DNA of 64,000 nt from Candidatus Omnitrophota bacterium (GTDB lineage Bacteria > Omnitrophota > Gorgyraeia > Zapsychrales > Aceulaceae). The position numbers and the translations under genes are program-made. The notes under the pieces were generated by a model that worked only from the letters and a program-made list of their open reading frames with translations, did no database searches and was not told the DNA's origin. The stretch is taken from positions 1,850-65,849 of the forward strand of contig JAQUUP010000003.1 of NCBI GenBank assembly GCA_028693815.1, given 5' to 3'. Below, in pieces: positions 20,038-29,320 of this stretch. Each line of letters begins with the position of its first letter. Within the stretch, counting starts at the first letter, position 1.

Positions 20038-21471
20038 TTATTTTATCATCACTCTTGCAATATCAAGAGCTTGTTTTTTTGTTTTAATTTCGCCCAATGC
20101 ATATTTTTCTTCAATACGCACTAAAATCTTCGCAAAAACTGGAGATGGCTTAAGCTTCAAAGTTTTAATGAGATCATCGCCCGTTAAAATACGCACTTTC
20201 TTTTCTTTTTTTTCTTCTTCAAAATATTTAGAAATAAGCCCATAAATAATTTCTTCATGATGCTCTTGATCCTTTTCTGTTGTCAGAGGTCCTCTTGTTG
20301 AGCGTTGATCCGAAAGAGATAAAAGCAAAACGCCTATCGCCTCTTCTTTTACATCACGAAAAAATCGAAAGATTGCACGCGGTGTTGGATTCTTAAAATT
20401 TGATAAATATCCTGGCCTTAAATGATGGCCCACCATTATCTCAAGCGCTGTTCTTTCGTTCACAGACATTTTTAACATTTTTGCAATATTACGCACAATA
20501 TAACGGCCAACATGCTCGTGGCCATGATACGTTATCTTGTTGCGCTCTTTTTTATAGGTTTCTGGTTTTCCAGCATCATGCAAAAGGGCTGCGAGCTTGA
20601 TCAAAGCAAAACGCTTTCTACCGCAAGCCAACTCTTCATTTAGATACTCCGAAACTTTCTCATTATCAGAAAACTCTAAAAAACATTTCTCAACCTGACG
20701 GACAGATTCAAAGCTATGATCCATTAAAGACAAGTGATGATATCCTCCCCCAGAAATATATCGCATTGAAGCAATCTGAGGAATAATCCTCTCCAAAAGA
20801 CCAATCGAATGCATTTGCTTTAGATTTTTATAAGCATTTTTAGATGATAAAATCTTAAAAAATTCTTCACGTACGCGCTCACGAGCAACCTGACTTATCA
20901 ACAAAAGGTCTTTTTTGATCTGTGCTTTTGTTTTTGCTTCAATCTTAAAGTCCAAAACAGCCTGTAGACTAAAGCCGCGCAACATACGCAACGGATCTTC
21001 CGCAAAAACTTTTTTAGACACCATCTTAATTGTTCTAGATCTAATGTCTTTAAGACCTTTTTTGTAGTCTTTGGCCTGTTTTAAAATATTTGTATCGTTG
21101 TAAATATTTTTAATATCAACTGAAATCGTATTAATAGTAAAATCCCGATGAGAAAGATCCCCTTTTAAATCTTTAGCTCGAAAGTCTGCAAAATCAAATG
21201 TTAACAACTTTCCCTTCTGCTTACGGGCAACGCGTGCACAATTATGCTCTTCATCTAAAAGAACAAAAGCACCCTTAATTTCTTTAGCAAAAATCTTAGC
21301 AATCTTAATAGCATTTTTGCTCGTTGCAAAATCAAAATCAACAACCTCGCGACAGAGATAGAGATCACGCAAAGCTCCTCCAACTAAAAAAGCATCAACG
21401 TGATTTTTTTTCGTAATAGCATTTAATATTTTAATAAATGGGGAAAGATTAGGTAGTGTTTGCTCAGGCAT
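20038..21471 (-). CDS. cca: CCA tRNA nucleotidyltransferase with an HD domain
   Basis: The N-terminal FLVGGALRDLYL...DFDFAT nucleotidyltransferase motif is followed by an HD phosphohydrolase region (HDAGK). Confidence 0.85.
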   Translation of the reverse strand: MPEQTLPNLSPFIKILNAITKKNHVDAFLVGGALRDLYLCREVVDFDFATSKNAIKIAKIFAKEIKGAFVLLDEEHNCARVARKQKGKLLTFDFADFRAKDLKGDLSHRDFTINTISVDIKNIYNDTNILKQAKDYKKGLKDIRSRTIKMVSKKVFAEDPLRMLRGFSLQAVLDFKIEAKTKAQIKKDLLLISQVARERVREEFFKILSSKNAYKNLKQMHSIGLLERIIPQIASMRYISGGGYHHLSLMDHSFESVRQVEKCFLEFSDNEKVSEYLNEELACGRKRFALIKLAALLHDAGKPETYKKERNKITYHGHEHVGRYIVRNIAKMLKMSVNERTALEIMVGHHLRPGYLSNFKNPTPRAIFRFFRDVKEEAIGVLLLSLSDQRSTRGPLTTEKDQEHHEEIIYGLISKYFEEEKKEKKVRILTGDDLIKTLKLKPSPVFAKILVRIEEKYALGEIKTKKQALDIARVMIK

Positions 21472-21504
21472 GATATGCGATCAGTATTAATGTTCTTAAA
21501 GCTT

Positions 21505-21915
21505 TCAGAACTTTGGAATTTCTGTGCTTTTCAAAACTTCTTCTTCAACAAAAATCGGTATTTGCGCGCGAACAGCCAAAGCCACGCCATCCGAAGGTCG
21601 CGAATCAATTTCTTTAGTTACACCGCTAGCGGTCTCAACAACTAATTTGGCATGAAACGTATGATCAACAATCTTATCAATAACAAGTTTTTTAGGTGTT
21701 GCCTCAAGTCCCTCTAGAATAGAAATAATCAAATCATGGGTCATCGGTCGCGGTAATTCAAGATTGGATAATTTCATTTTGATGCTAGATGCTTCCACGA
21801 GACCAATCATAATAGGAAATTGACGAGTTCCTCCTCGCTCTTTCAGAACAATAACCTGATCTTGCCTTTTCTCATCAATAATGATTTTATTCAAATCAAC
21901 TTCAATCAAACTCAT
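21505..21915 (-). CDS. Bifunctional nuclease (BFN/DUF151) family protein
   Basis: 136 aa with the characteristic QFPIMIGLVEASSI...RPMTHDLI block. Confidence 0.7.
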   Translation of the reverse strand: MSLIEVDLNKIIIDEKRQDQVIVLKERGGTRQFPIMIGLVEASSIKMKLSNLELPRPMTHDLIISILEGLEATPKKLVIDKIVDHTFHAKLVVETASGVTKEIDSRPSDGVALAVRAQIPIFVEEEVLKSTEIPKF

Positions 21916-21918
21916 CAG

Positions 21919-22380
21919 CTACTTTTTTCCTTTTTGGAGCAAATGACTCAGCTCATTAACAAATTGATTCACATCGCGAAATTGCCGATAAACAGAAGCA
22001 AACCGAACATAAGCAACATCATCTAAAAGCGCAAGTTTTTCCATAATCAGCTCGCCAATATCTTTAGAATTAACTTCACGATCATTCTTCTTTTGAACTA
22101 AACGTTCAATTTCTGACGTTACTTCTTCCATTTTATCCATACTAATAGGTCGCTTTTCGCAAGCTTTAACAATGCCCGATAAAATTTTTGCACGGTTAAA
22201 GGCCTGCCGACGACTATCCGACTTAACAACCATCAAAGGAACTTGCTCAACATATTCATAAGTTGTGAAACGATCTTCGCACTTTAGACATTCTCTTCGA
22301 CGACGAATTGAGGTCCCATCGTTATTTAAACGAGAATCAACAACTTTTGTTTCTTTATATTGGCATTTCGGACAACGCAT
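21919..22380 (-). CDS. nrdR: Transcriptional repressor NrdR
   Basis: MRCPKCQYKETKVVDSR...ECLKCEDRFTTYE zinc ribbon followed by an ATP-cone domain. Confidence 0.9.
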   Translation of the reverse strand: MRCPKCQYKETKVVDSRLNNDGTSIRRRRECLKCEDRFTTYEYVEQVPLMVVKSDSRRQAFNRAKILSGIVKACEKRPISMDKMEEVTSEIERLVQKKNDREVNSKDIGELIMEKLALLDDVAYVRFASVYRQFRDVNQFVNELSHLLQKGKK

Positions 22381-22435
22381 AAATGAGCTCCGAGCTTATG
22401 GAGCACAGCGAACATAAGCTCGCTGAGCGAATTTA
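22381..22435. repeat. Conserved ~60-nt 5'-leader element (copy abutting the nrdR start)
   Basis: In mRNA sense it reads ...TTCGCTCAGCGAG CTTATG ttcgctgtgctc CATAAG CTCGGAGCTCATTT-ATG. Stem CGAGCTTATG/CATAAGCTCG shows covariation with the other copies. Confidence 0.65.
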
Positions 22436-22585
22436 TCCCGTACCCGAAGGGTATCGGGATATTGAACATTTAATTTTGAACCCAATCCCGTACCCGAAGG
22501 GTATCGGGATGTTGAACATTTAATTTTGAACCTGATCCCGTACCCGAAGGGTATCGGGATATTGAACATTTAATTTTAAGCCTGA
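22436..22585. repeat. Three tandem 50-bp repeats, each carrying an imperfect hairpin
   Basis: The unit TCCCGTACCCGAAGGGTATCGGGATATTGAACATTTAATTTTGAACCNNA recurs at 22436, 22486 and 22536, with a CCCG-TACC-gaag-GGTA-CGGG stem-loop. Confidence 0.85.
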
Positions 22586-22690
22586 TCCCAAGGAGGCCTA
22601 GGTTTGCGGAATAAAATAACGTAAACCTGCTGACCGATGCCATCCTCACGCATTCGAAAAAATGCTCGGGGACTTCCTTGGAGCTGCCAA
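22586..22690. repeat. ~105-bp dispersed intergenic element, copy A
   Basis: Aligns with 18458-18560. The minus-strand track ORFs 22470..22745 and 22576..22764 overlap it, but the other copy does not preserve those frames. Confidence 0.65.
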
Positions 22691-22802
22691 ATTTCATTCG
22701 GCTTGTCCCTTTTATCAAACACACAAAACGTGTCAGGATTCTCAACTTTTAGATTCTTGAACATTATCCCAAAAACATTTTAAAAAAACAACGCGGGATT
22801 TT

Positions 22803-24056
22803 TTACTTATACAGCGGAAACTTTGCTGTTAATTTTTCTACATCCAACTTAATTTTCTTAAGCACACTCTCATCGCCCTTATGCGTAACCGCATCATCAA
22901 TAAATGTTGCAATTTGCTTCATCTGATCTTCTTTCATGCCGCGCGTTGTAACGGCAGGAGTCCCGATACGAATACCACTTGTAATTGTTGGTTTCTCAGA
23001 ATCATATGGAATCAAATTCTTATTAACCGTAATGCACACCTTATCGAGCGCATCAGCAGCATCACGTCCTGTTGTTTTCTTCGTACGAAGATCAACCATA
23101 AACAAATGATTATCTGTGCCACCAGCGACAATGCGATACCCTTTTTCTGCTAAAACACTCGCCATCGTAGCTGCATTAACCACAACCTGTTTTTGATATT
23201 CCTTAAAACCATCCTCCAAAGCTTCTTTAAAACAAACAGCCTTTGCAGCAATCACATGCATTAAAGGCCCGCCCTGAACGCCAGGGAAAATGGCAGAATC
23301 AATTTTCTTGGCGAATTCTTTGCGACATAAAATCATTCCCCCTCGAGGGCCGCGCAACGTTTTGTGCGTCGTAGTCGTAACAAATTCAGCATAAGGCACA
23401 GGATTCGGATGAAGCCCCGCAGCTACAAGTCCTGCAATATGCGCCATATCCACCATTAAATAAGCACCAACCTCATCACAAATTTCACGAAATTTCTTGA
23501 AATCAATAGTGCGCGAATAAGCTGAAGCACCGGCAATAATCATTTTAGGCTTTGTCTCTTTCGCCAATTTTAAAATCTCATCATAATTAATCATTTCTGT
23601 TTTTTTATCAACACCATAACTAACAATATGATACATGCGTCCTGAAAAATTAATCTTATGTCCATGTGTTAAATGTCCGCCACAAGCTAAGTCAAGCGCC
23701 ATTAATGTATCATTGTTTTTAAGCGCAGCTAAACAAACTGCCATATTGGCTTGCGATCCAGAATGTGGCTGCACGTTAGCATGCTCTGCTCCAAAAATCT
23801 CTTTAGCACGATCTATGGCAAGCTGTTCGACAACATCAACATTTTCGCATCCATGATACCAACGAGCCTTTGGATATCCTTCAGCATATTTGTTAGTCAT
23901 AACAGACCCTTGCGCTTCTAAAACAGCCTTTGAAACAAAATTTTCAGAAGCAATCAGCTCAATATTATTATTTTGACGCTTAATTTCTTTTTGGATCGCA
24001 TCAAAAACTTTATTATCTTTTTCTTTTAAATCATCCATAACACTTCTCCTATCCAC
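22803..24056 (-). CDS. glyA: Serine hydroxymethyltransferase
   Basis: 417 aa with conserved SHMT blocks ([28 protein letters not shown]). Confidence 0.95.
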   Translation of the reverse strand: MDRRSVMDDLKEKDNKVFDAIQKEIKRQNNNIELIASENFVSKAVLEAQGSVMTNKYAEGYPKARWYHGCENVDVVEQLAIDRAKEIFGAEHANVQPHSGSQANMAVCLAALKNNDTLMALDLACGGHLTHGHKINFSGRMYHIVSYGVDKKTEMINYDEILKLAKETKPKMIIAGASAYSRTIDFKKFREICDEVGAYLMVDMAHIAGLVAAGLHPNPVPYAEFVTTTTHKTLRGPRGGMILCRKEFAKKIDSAIFPGVQGGPLMHVIAAKAVCFKEALEDGFKEYQKQVVVNAATMASVLAEKGYRIVAGGTDNHLFMVDLRTKKTTGRDAADALDKVCITVNKNLIPYDSEKPTITSGIRIGTPAVTTRGMKEDQMKQIATFIDDAVTHKGDESVLKKIKLDVEKLTAKFPLYK

Positions 24057-24504
24057 AACACTTCTTTTTGCTTATTCGATCAATCTGATTAATGCGTCTC
24101 AAATGACGTCCGCCTTCAAATGGTGTTGTAAGCCAAATATTTAAAATTTGAAAAATCTCTTTATGCGTAACAAATTCTGATCCTAATACTAAAATATTTG
24201 CATTATTATGCGCACGCGATAATTTTGCTGCTTTCTTGTTGTAGCACAACGCCGCTCTAGCCCCAATAACACGATTAGCTGCTATAGAGTGACCAATGCC
24301 CGTCATGCAAACAAGAATACCTCGAGCATTTTTATCTTTTGCAACACTTTGAGCAACGCGAAAAGAAAATTTTGGATAATCACAAGGCTTCTTAGGGTCA
24401 TGAGAGCCTACATCAATAACATCAATATCTTTTTTGCCCAAAAAATCAACAATTTGATTCTTAAGCAAAACGCCTCTATGGTCCGCTCCAATATAAATTC
24501 TCAT
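24049..24504 (-). CDS. rpiB: Ribose-5-phosphate isomerase B
   Basis: [11 protein letters not shown]...[17 protein letters not shown] is typical of RpiB/LacAB. Confidence 0.9.
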   Translation of the reverse strand: MRIYIGADHRGVLLKNQIVDFLGKKDIDVIDVGSHDPKKPCDYPKFSFRVAQSVAKDKNARGILVCMTGIGHSIAANRVIGARAALCYNKKAAKLSRAHNNANILVLGSEFVTHKEIFQILNIWLTTPFEGGRHLRRINQIDRISKKKCCG

Positions 24505-25556
24505 ATCAACTCCACAATTCTTTCCACAGATTCTTTAATGACTTTTGCGCACTCATCATATGTTTGCGCGCCTTGCCCAATAGGATCGGGAACCCCTAAA
24601 TCATACTCTCCTGCTGTTGTTTTAGCAAATTCTCTTAATAGATACGTACGGTTTGTTGCCTGAGAATCAAAACTAACAACTTGATACCGATGCATCGATG
24701 TCATCGCCAGAATCAAATCCGCTTTTTTAGTCATAATTTTATTTAAACATCGTGCGCGATGATTTGAAGCATTAATGCCTTCTTTTTCAAGCGTTCGAAT
24801 CGTCTGTTCTGTTGGTCCGCCACTTAAAAAAGCACTCGTTCCCGCCGAAGAAACCTCAACATCTTTTCTGCCAGCCAATATTTCTCTTAAAAAGTATTCT
24901 GCCATAACAGACCGACAGCTGTTTCCCGTGCAAACAAAAAGAACATGCTTCTTGCTTGCTTCAACATCAATGTCTTGTTCGCTAATCGGACCCTGACGAA
25001 GAATCTTTCGACCACTTGTTAGATCTAAGATGGTTGATGCCTGTCCAATTTCAGAGGCCCCAGAATCAATGGCCATTTCAACCAATCCCTCTAATTTTTC
25101 AAGGGCTTGATCGCAATTTGTCGCCGGGTCGTCGCCTTCTACGTTTGCTGATGGAGCCGCCACCACGCAACGTGACTGCCAAACCAGTTCAGAGGCAACA
25201 GGATGACTCGTCATTCGAAGACCAATTGTTTTCCCATCGCGTGAAGGGACAACAACTGTTAACGGTCCCGGCCAAAAGGCATCAATAATTTTATAGACCG
25301 AAACATCCATCGGCACGGCTAAATCATCAAAAAACTCTTTTGTTGGAATCAATACGGAAAACGGTTTATCCTCCGCTCTCTGTTTGACCTCACGCAACGC
25401 CTGCATCGCCTTAGGATCAAAATAATTCGCGCCAACACCATATACCGTTTCCGTTGGAAAAACAACCAAGCCTCCCGCTTGAATAACAGCACTGGCTTGC
25501 GAAATTTTCTCTAAATCAATTTGATTAGAATCAATTTCTATTCTTTTTGTTTTCAC
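24501..25556 (-). CDS. Fusion of threonylcarbamoyl-AMP synthase (TsaC/YrdC-like) and low-molecular-weight phosphotyrosine phosphatase
   Basis: The N-terminal half carries GGLVVFPTETVYGVGANYFDPKA (YrdC fold). The C-terminal half carries VLFVCTGNSCRSVMAEYFLR (LMW-PTP P-loop CX5R). It sits next to rpiB-glyA, as the B. subtilis ywlC/ywlE genes do. Confidence 0.8.
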   Translation of the reverse strand: MKTKRIEIDSNQIDLEKISQASAVIQAGGLVVFPTETVYGVGANYFDPKAMQALREVKQRAEDKPFSVLIPTKEFFDDLAVPMDVSVYKIIDAFWPGPLTVVVPSRDGKTIGLRMTSHPVASELVWQSRCVVAAPSANVEGDDPATNCDQALEKLEGLVEMAIDSGASEIGQASTILDLTSGRKILRQGPISEQDIDVEASKKHVLFVCTGNSCRSVMAEYFLREILAGRKDVEVSSAGTSAFLSGGPTEQTIRTLEKEGINASNHRARCLNKIMTKKADLILAMTSMHRYQVVSFDSQATNRTYLLREFAKTTAGEYDLGVPDPIGQGAQTYDECAKVIKESVERIVELI

Positions 25557-26047
25557 GATACAATTTTTATTTTTTTAATTTTATCTGCTTGCTCTTTTTT
25601 AAATTTCTTAAGCTTTGCATTCAACAACTGATCATTAAGCGCTAAAATTCTTATCGCAAGATAGGCCGCATTTTTTGCACCCATTTTTCCAATCGCAACC
25701 GTTGCCACAGGAACTCCCGGAGGCATCTGGACTGTTGAAAGCAAAGAATCCATACCATTGAGCGACGAGGCTTCAATGGGAATCCCAATAACAGGAATCG
25801 ATGTATGCGCTGCAACCACGCCTGCAAGCGCAGCCGCGCCACCAGCTGCAGCAATCGCAACTTGAACGCCACGGCGTTCAAGTCCAACCGAATAAAAAGC
25901 TGTTTCTTCTGGCGTTCGATGCGCCGATAAAACCCTGACCTCAAAAGACACTTTAAAATCTTTTAAAATTTTTGCTGTTTCTGTCAGTGTTGGCCAATCA
26001 GATTGACTTCCCATGACTATAATAACTTTTGGATTTTTCATCTTCAC
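25553..26047 (-). CDS. purE: N5-carboxyaminoimidazole ribonucleotide mutase PurE
   Basis: [14 protein letters not shown]...[15 protein letters not shown] is typical of PurE. Confidence 0.9.
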   Translation of the reverse strand: MKMKNPKVIIVMGSQSDWPTLTETAKILKDFKVSFEVRVLSAHRTPEETAFYSVGLERRGVQVAIAAAGGAAALAGVVAAHTSIPVIGIPIEASSLNGMDSLLSTVQMPPGVPVATVAIGKMGAKNAAYLAIRILALNDQLLNAKLKKFKKEQADKIKKIKIVS

Positions 26048-26176
26048 CCCCTCCTGCGATTGGTCTTTTTCTTAAAAAAAATTAAAAATTAAATAAAACC
26101 AATATTAACACCTTCATTTTCCTAAAAAACCAGAATCCTTTGACTTCCTTAAATAAATTCTTCAATGCAACACAGA

Positions 26177-27478
26177 TCAATAAATTCTTTTTTCGGACAA
26201 TTCTTCCTTACGCTTTAACGCCTTTTCACCAATATCTCGTCTGAAAAAACATCCTTCAAATTGAATTTTTTCAACAGCATTATAAACTTTAACAATAGCC
26301 TGTTCAATATCATTGCCAAGGCTTGTCACTCCTAACACCCGTCCTGCGCAAGTGACGATCTGATCGTTCTGTTTTTTTGTTCCTGCATGAAACACAATCG
26401 TATCTGCACACTCCTGAACATCGGATAAACCTTTGATCACTTTTCCTTTTTCATAAACTCCAGGATATCCTCGAGAACTCATCACAACGCAAACACAAGT
26501 CCCCTTGTCCCATTCAAGTCTTATTTCGTGAAGAGACCCATTGCAAGCAGACAAAAAAACATCCAAAAGATCAGTTTTTAGACGTGGTAAAATAGCTTGT
26601 GTTTCAGGATCACCAAAACGCACATTAAATTCCAAAACCATAGGACCATCTTGCGTCATCATCATCCCCGCGTACAAAACACCTTTGAATGGGGCCCCTT
26701 CTTCTTTCATGCCCTGTATTGTCGGTCCAATAACATTAAGGGCAATATCAACCAATTTTTCTTTGGTAATCACCGGAGTCGGTGAATAAGCTCCCATCCC
26801 TCCTGTGTTTGGTCCTATATCCTCATCAAAAATACGCTTATGGTCTTGAGAAGAATCTAAAACAACAAATTGATGTCCGTCGCTAATCGCTAAAATAGAG
26901 GCTTCTTCTCCAACAAGACAATCTTCAATAATCACTCTGTTACCCGCCTCACTAAAAACCTTCTCAAGCATAATCTCATCCAAGGCCTGCTCTGCCTCTT
27001 CTTTATTTTGACAAATCATAACACCTTTGCCAGCCGCCAGTCCATCAGCTTTAACAACAAGGGGAAAAACTTTATCTTCCAAGAACGCCTTTGCTTTCTC
27101 AGCATCATCAAAACTCTGAAAGCTAGCCGTCGGAATATCGTATTTCTTCATAAATTCTTTTGAAAAAACTTTGCTTCCTTCCAGTTGAGCTGCTTGCTTG
27201 CTTGGACCAAAAATTTTCAATCCTTTTTCTTCAAAAGAATCTACAATCCCAGCAACCAAAGGAATCTCAGGGCCCACCACAGTTAAACCAATATTATTCT
27301 TTTGAGCAAAATCACGCAATCCTTGAATATCATCAATTTTAATATCAACACATTTCGCGTCTTTCTCAATGCCGCCATTGCCTGGAGCACAAAAGATATT
27401 CTTTACCTTTGGACTCTGCTTTAGTTTCCATACCAGCGCGTGCTCTCTGCCGCCAGAACCAATAACTAAGACGTTCAT
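26177..27478 (-). CDS. purD: Phosphoribosylamine-glycine ligase PurD
   Basis: MNVLVIGSGGREHALVWKL at the N-terminus and ATP-grasp architecture. Confidence 0.95.
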   Translation of the reverse strand: MNVLVIGSGGREHALVWKLKQSPKVKNIFCAPGNGGIEKDAKCVDIKIDDIQGLRDFAQKNNIGLTVVGPEIPLVAGIVDSFEEKGLKIFGPSKQAAQLEGSKVFSKEFMKKYDIPTASFQSFDDAEKAKAFLEDKVFPLVVKADGLAAGKGVMICQNKEEAEQALDEIMLEKVFSEAGNRVIIEDCLVGEEASILAISDGHQFVVLDSSQDHKRIFDEDIGPNTGGMGAYSPTPVITKEKLVDIALNVIGPTIQGMKEEGAPFKGVLYAGMMMTQDGPMVLEFNVRFGDPETQAILPRLKTDLLDVFLSACNGSLHEIRLEWDKGTCVCVVMSSRGYPGVYEKGKVIKGLSDVQECADTIVFHAGTKKQNDQIVTCAGRVLGVTSLGNDIEQAIVKVYNAVEKIQFEGCFFRRDIGEKALKRKEELSEKRIY

Positions 27479-28473
27479 AAAATAATCCTCTTCTGATTAT
27501 GATTGATAACCCGCCCTATTTGCCAACACTCTAGTTTGCTCTTTTTTAAATCACATAGGACAGAAGCCGCATCCTTGCGTTCGACAACAAGGACAAGTCC
27601 GATACCCATGTTAAATGTCGTAAACATTTCCTTATCAGAAATCTTTGCTCTTTTTTGAATAATTTCAAAGATTTTTGGCATAGGCCAGCTCCCTTTTTGA
27701 ATTTCAAAACATTTTCCCTTAGGCAAAATCTTTGTTAACTTTTCATAAAAGGCGCCACCGGTAATATGCGCAATACCATTAATACGATGCTTCTCGATTA
27801 ACTTTAAAATAGGTTTAACATAAATCTTAGTCGGACGCAAAAGCTCTTGACTCAGACTTCTTTGTTCAGGAATCGTAAACACTTTTCGCACAAGAGAAAA
27901 TCCATTCGAATGAAGCCCGCTAGACGCAATGCCGATGACAACATTATCTTTTTTAATTTTAGACCCATCAATAATCTTCGATTTTTCAACAACACCCACA
28001 GCAAACCCAGCCAAATCGTAATCATCTTGCTTGTAAATTCCCGGCATCTCAGCGGTTTCTCCGCCGACAAGACCACACCCAGACTGCCGGCACCCTTCAG
28101 CGATACCTTTGATAACTTTCGTCAACACATTGGGATCAAGTTTTCCGCACGCAATATAATCCAAAAAAAACAACGGTTTTGCCCCTGTGCATAAAACATC
28201 ATTAACATTCATTGCAACCAAATCAATCCCTATCGTATCGTGCTTATTAGCCACATTACCAATCATCAACTTTGTTCCCACCCCATCAGTCGACGCAACC
28301 AAGACAGGCTTCTTATATTTTTTCGTATCAAAAGAAAAAAGGCTGCCAAAACTCCCCTTTCTTCTAATCACCGAAGCGTTCATTGTTGATTTTGTCATGT
28401 CAGCTATTGAATCAATAAAAATATTGGCCTTTTGAATATCCACGCCACTTGTTTTATAGGTCATTTTCTTCAT
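27475..28473 (-). CDS. purM: Phosphoribosylformylglycinamidine cyclo-ligase PurM
   Basis: AIR synthase family blocks (YKTSGVDI, GLVGGETAEMPG). Confidence 0.95.
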   Translation of the reverse strand: MKKMTYKTSGVDIQKANIFIDSIADMTKSTMNASVIRRKGSFGSLFSFDTKKYKKPVLVASTDGVGTKLMIGNVANKHDTIGIDLVAMNVNDVLCTGAKPLFFLDYIACGKLDPNVLTKVIKGIAEGCRQSGCGLVGGETAEMPGIYKQDDYDLAGFAVGVVEKSKIIDGSKIKKDNVVIGIASSGLHSNGFSLVRKVFTIPEQRSLSQELLRPTKIYVKPILKLIEKHRINGIAHITGGAFYEKLTKILPKGKCFEIQKGSWPMPKIFEIIQKRAKISDKEMFTTFNMGIGLVLVVERKDAASVLCDLKKSKLECWQIGRVINHNQKRIIL

Positions 28474-28501
28474 ACAAAAACCCCTTTATGTTAATTCTTA
28501 A

Positions 28502-29320
28502 TTAATAGATAGCAGATAATAAATTTTTTTTAACATATTGAACACCGTTCTGAAAAATCTTCGCACCATCTCCATAGCGCGACTTTGTTTTAAATCTTGT
28601 CCAAAACGGATGTTGTGTAAAAAAGAAATGTCTTTCTGGATGAGGCATGAGACCCAACACACGCCCTGTGGAATCTGTGATTCCCGCGATATTATCTACT
28701 GACCCATTTGGATTATCTGGATAAAGAGCCTTTTTGCCGTCCTTCGTGCAATAACGAAAAACAACCTGACGGTTACTTTGAATTTTGTTTAAAATCGCAT
28801 CGGTTTTGCACATAAATTTTCCTTCACCATGAGCAACCGGGAAATAAACAACTTTTCCATCAATATCCTTTGTCCAAACACATTGACCTGTCGCTTGTAG
28901 ATGCGTCCATCGATCCTCGAACTTGGCTGAATCATTTGTCATCAGCGTCGTAGTTTGTTCAAACTCTTGCTTCTCATCCGAAAAATTACCTGGCAAAATA
29001 CCCGCCTTAACTAAAATCTGAAACCCATTGCAAATGCCGATAATAAGTTTGCCATCTTTAATAAACTTCTTTAAATCTTTGCCAAGCTTAACGCGCAATT
29101 CATTGGCCAAAATGCGCCCAGCCGCAATGTCGTCACCATACGAAAAGCCACCAGGAAGAGCCAAAATATGATAATCCGACAATTTCTTTTTTCCTTCAAA
29201 AAGCATATTGATGTGAACCAAATCAACATCCGCGCCGCTATCTTTAAACGCAAATACTGTTTCTTTGTCGCAATTTGTTCCAGCTGTTCTTAAAACTATA
29301 ACCTTAGCGTTTTTTGCCAT
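28502..29320 (-). CDS. purQ: FGAM synthase glutamine amidotransferase subunit PurQ
   Basis: Class I GATase with KVIVLRTAGTNCD, catalytic GICNGFQ and PHPER blocks. The Met at 29320 is the preferred start. Confidence 0.85.
   Translation of the reverse strand: MAKNAKVIVLRTAGTNCDKETVFAFKDSGADVDLVHINMLFEGKKKLSDYHILALPGGFSYGDDIAAGRILANELRVKLGKDLKKFIKDGKLIIGICNGFQILVKAGILPGNFSDEKQEFEQTTTLMTNDSAKFEDRWTHLQATGQCVWTKDIDGKVVYFPVAHGEGKFMCKTDAILNKIQSNRQVVFRYCTKDGKKALYPDNPNGSVDNIAGITDSTGRVLGLMPHPERHFFFTQHPFWTRFKTKSRYGDGAKIFQNGVQYVKKNLLSAIY

Noticed and set aside
22381-22520. Plus-strand 46-codon ORF (MSSELMEHSEHKLAERIYPVPEGYRDIEHLILNPIPYPKGIGMLNI) starting 2 nt inside the nrdR start codon
   Set aside because: The other copies of the same leader element, at 19975 and 18342, terminate after 8-11 codons in this frame. 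The ORF is therefore not conserved and reflects repeat sequence rather than a gene.
22470-22764. Minus-strand ORFs 22470..22745 and 22576..22764 over the repeat-rich nrdR-glyA spacer
   Set aside because: The same about 105-bp sequence recurs at 18458-18560 without preserving these reading frames, and the 5' parts run through 50-bp tandem repeats. It is a non-coding repeat element.
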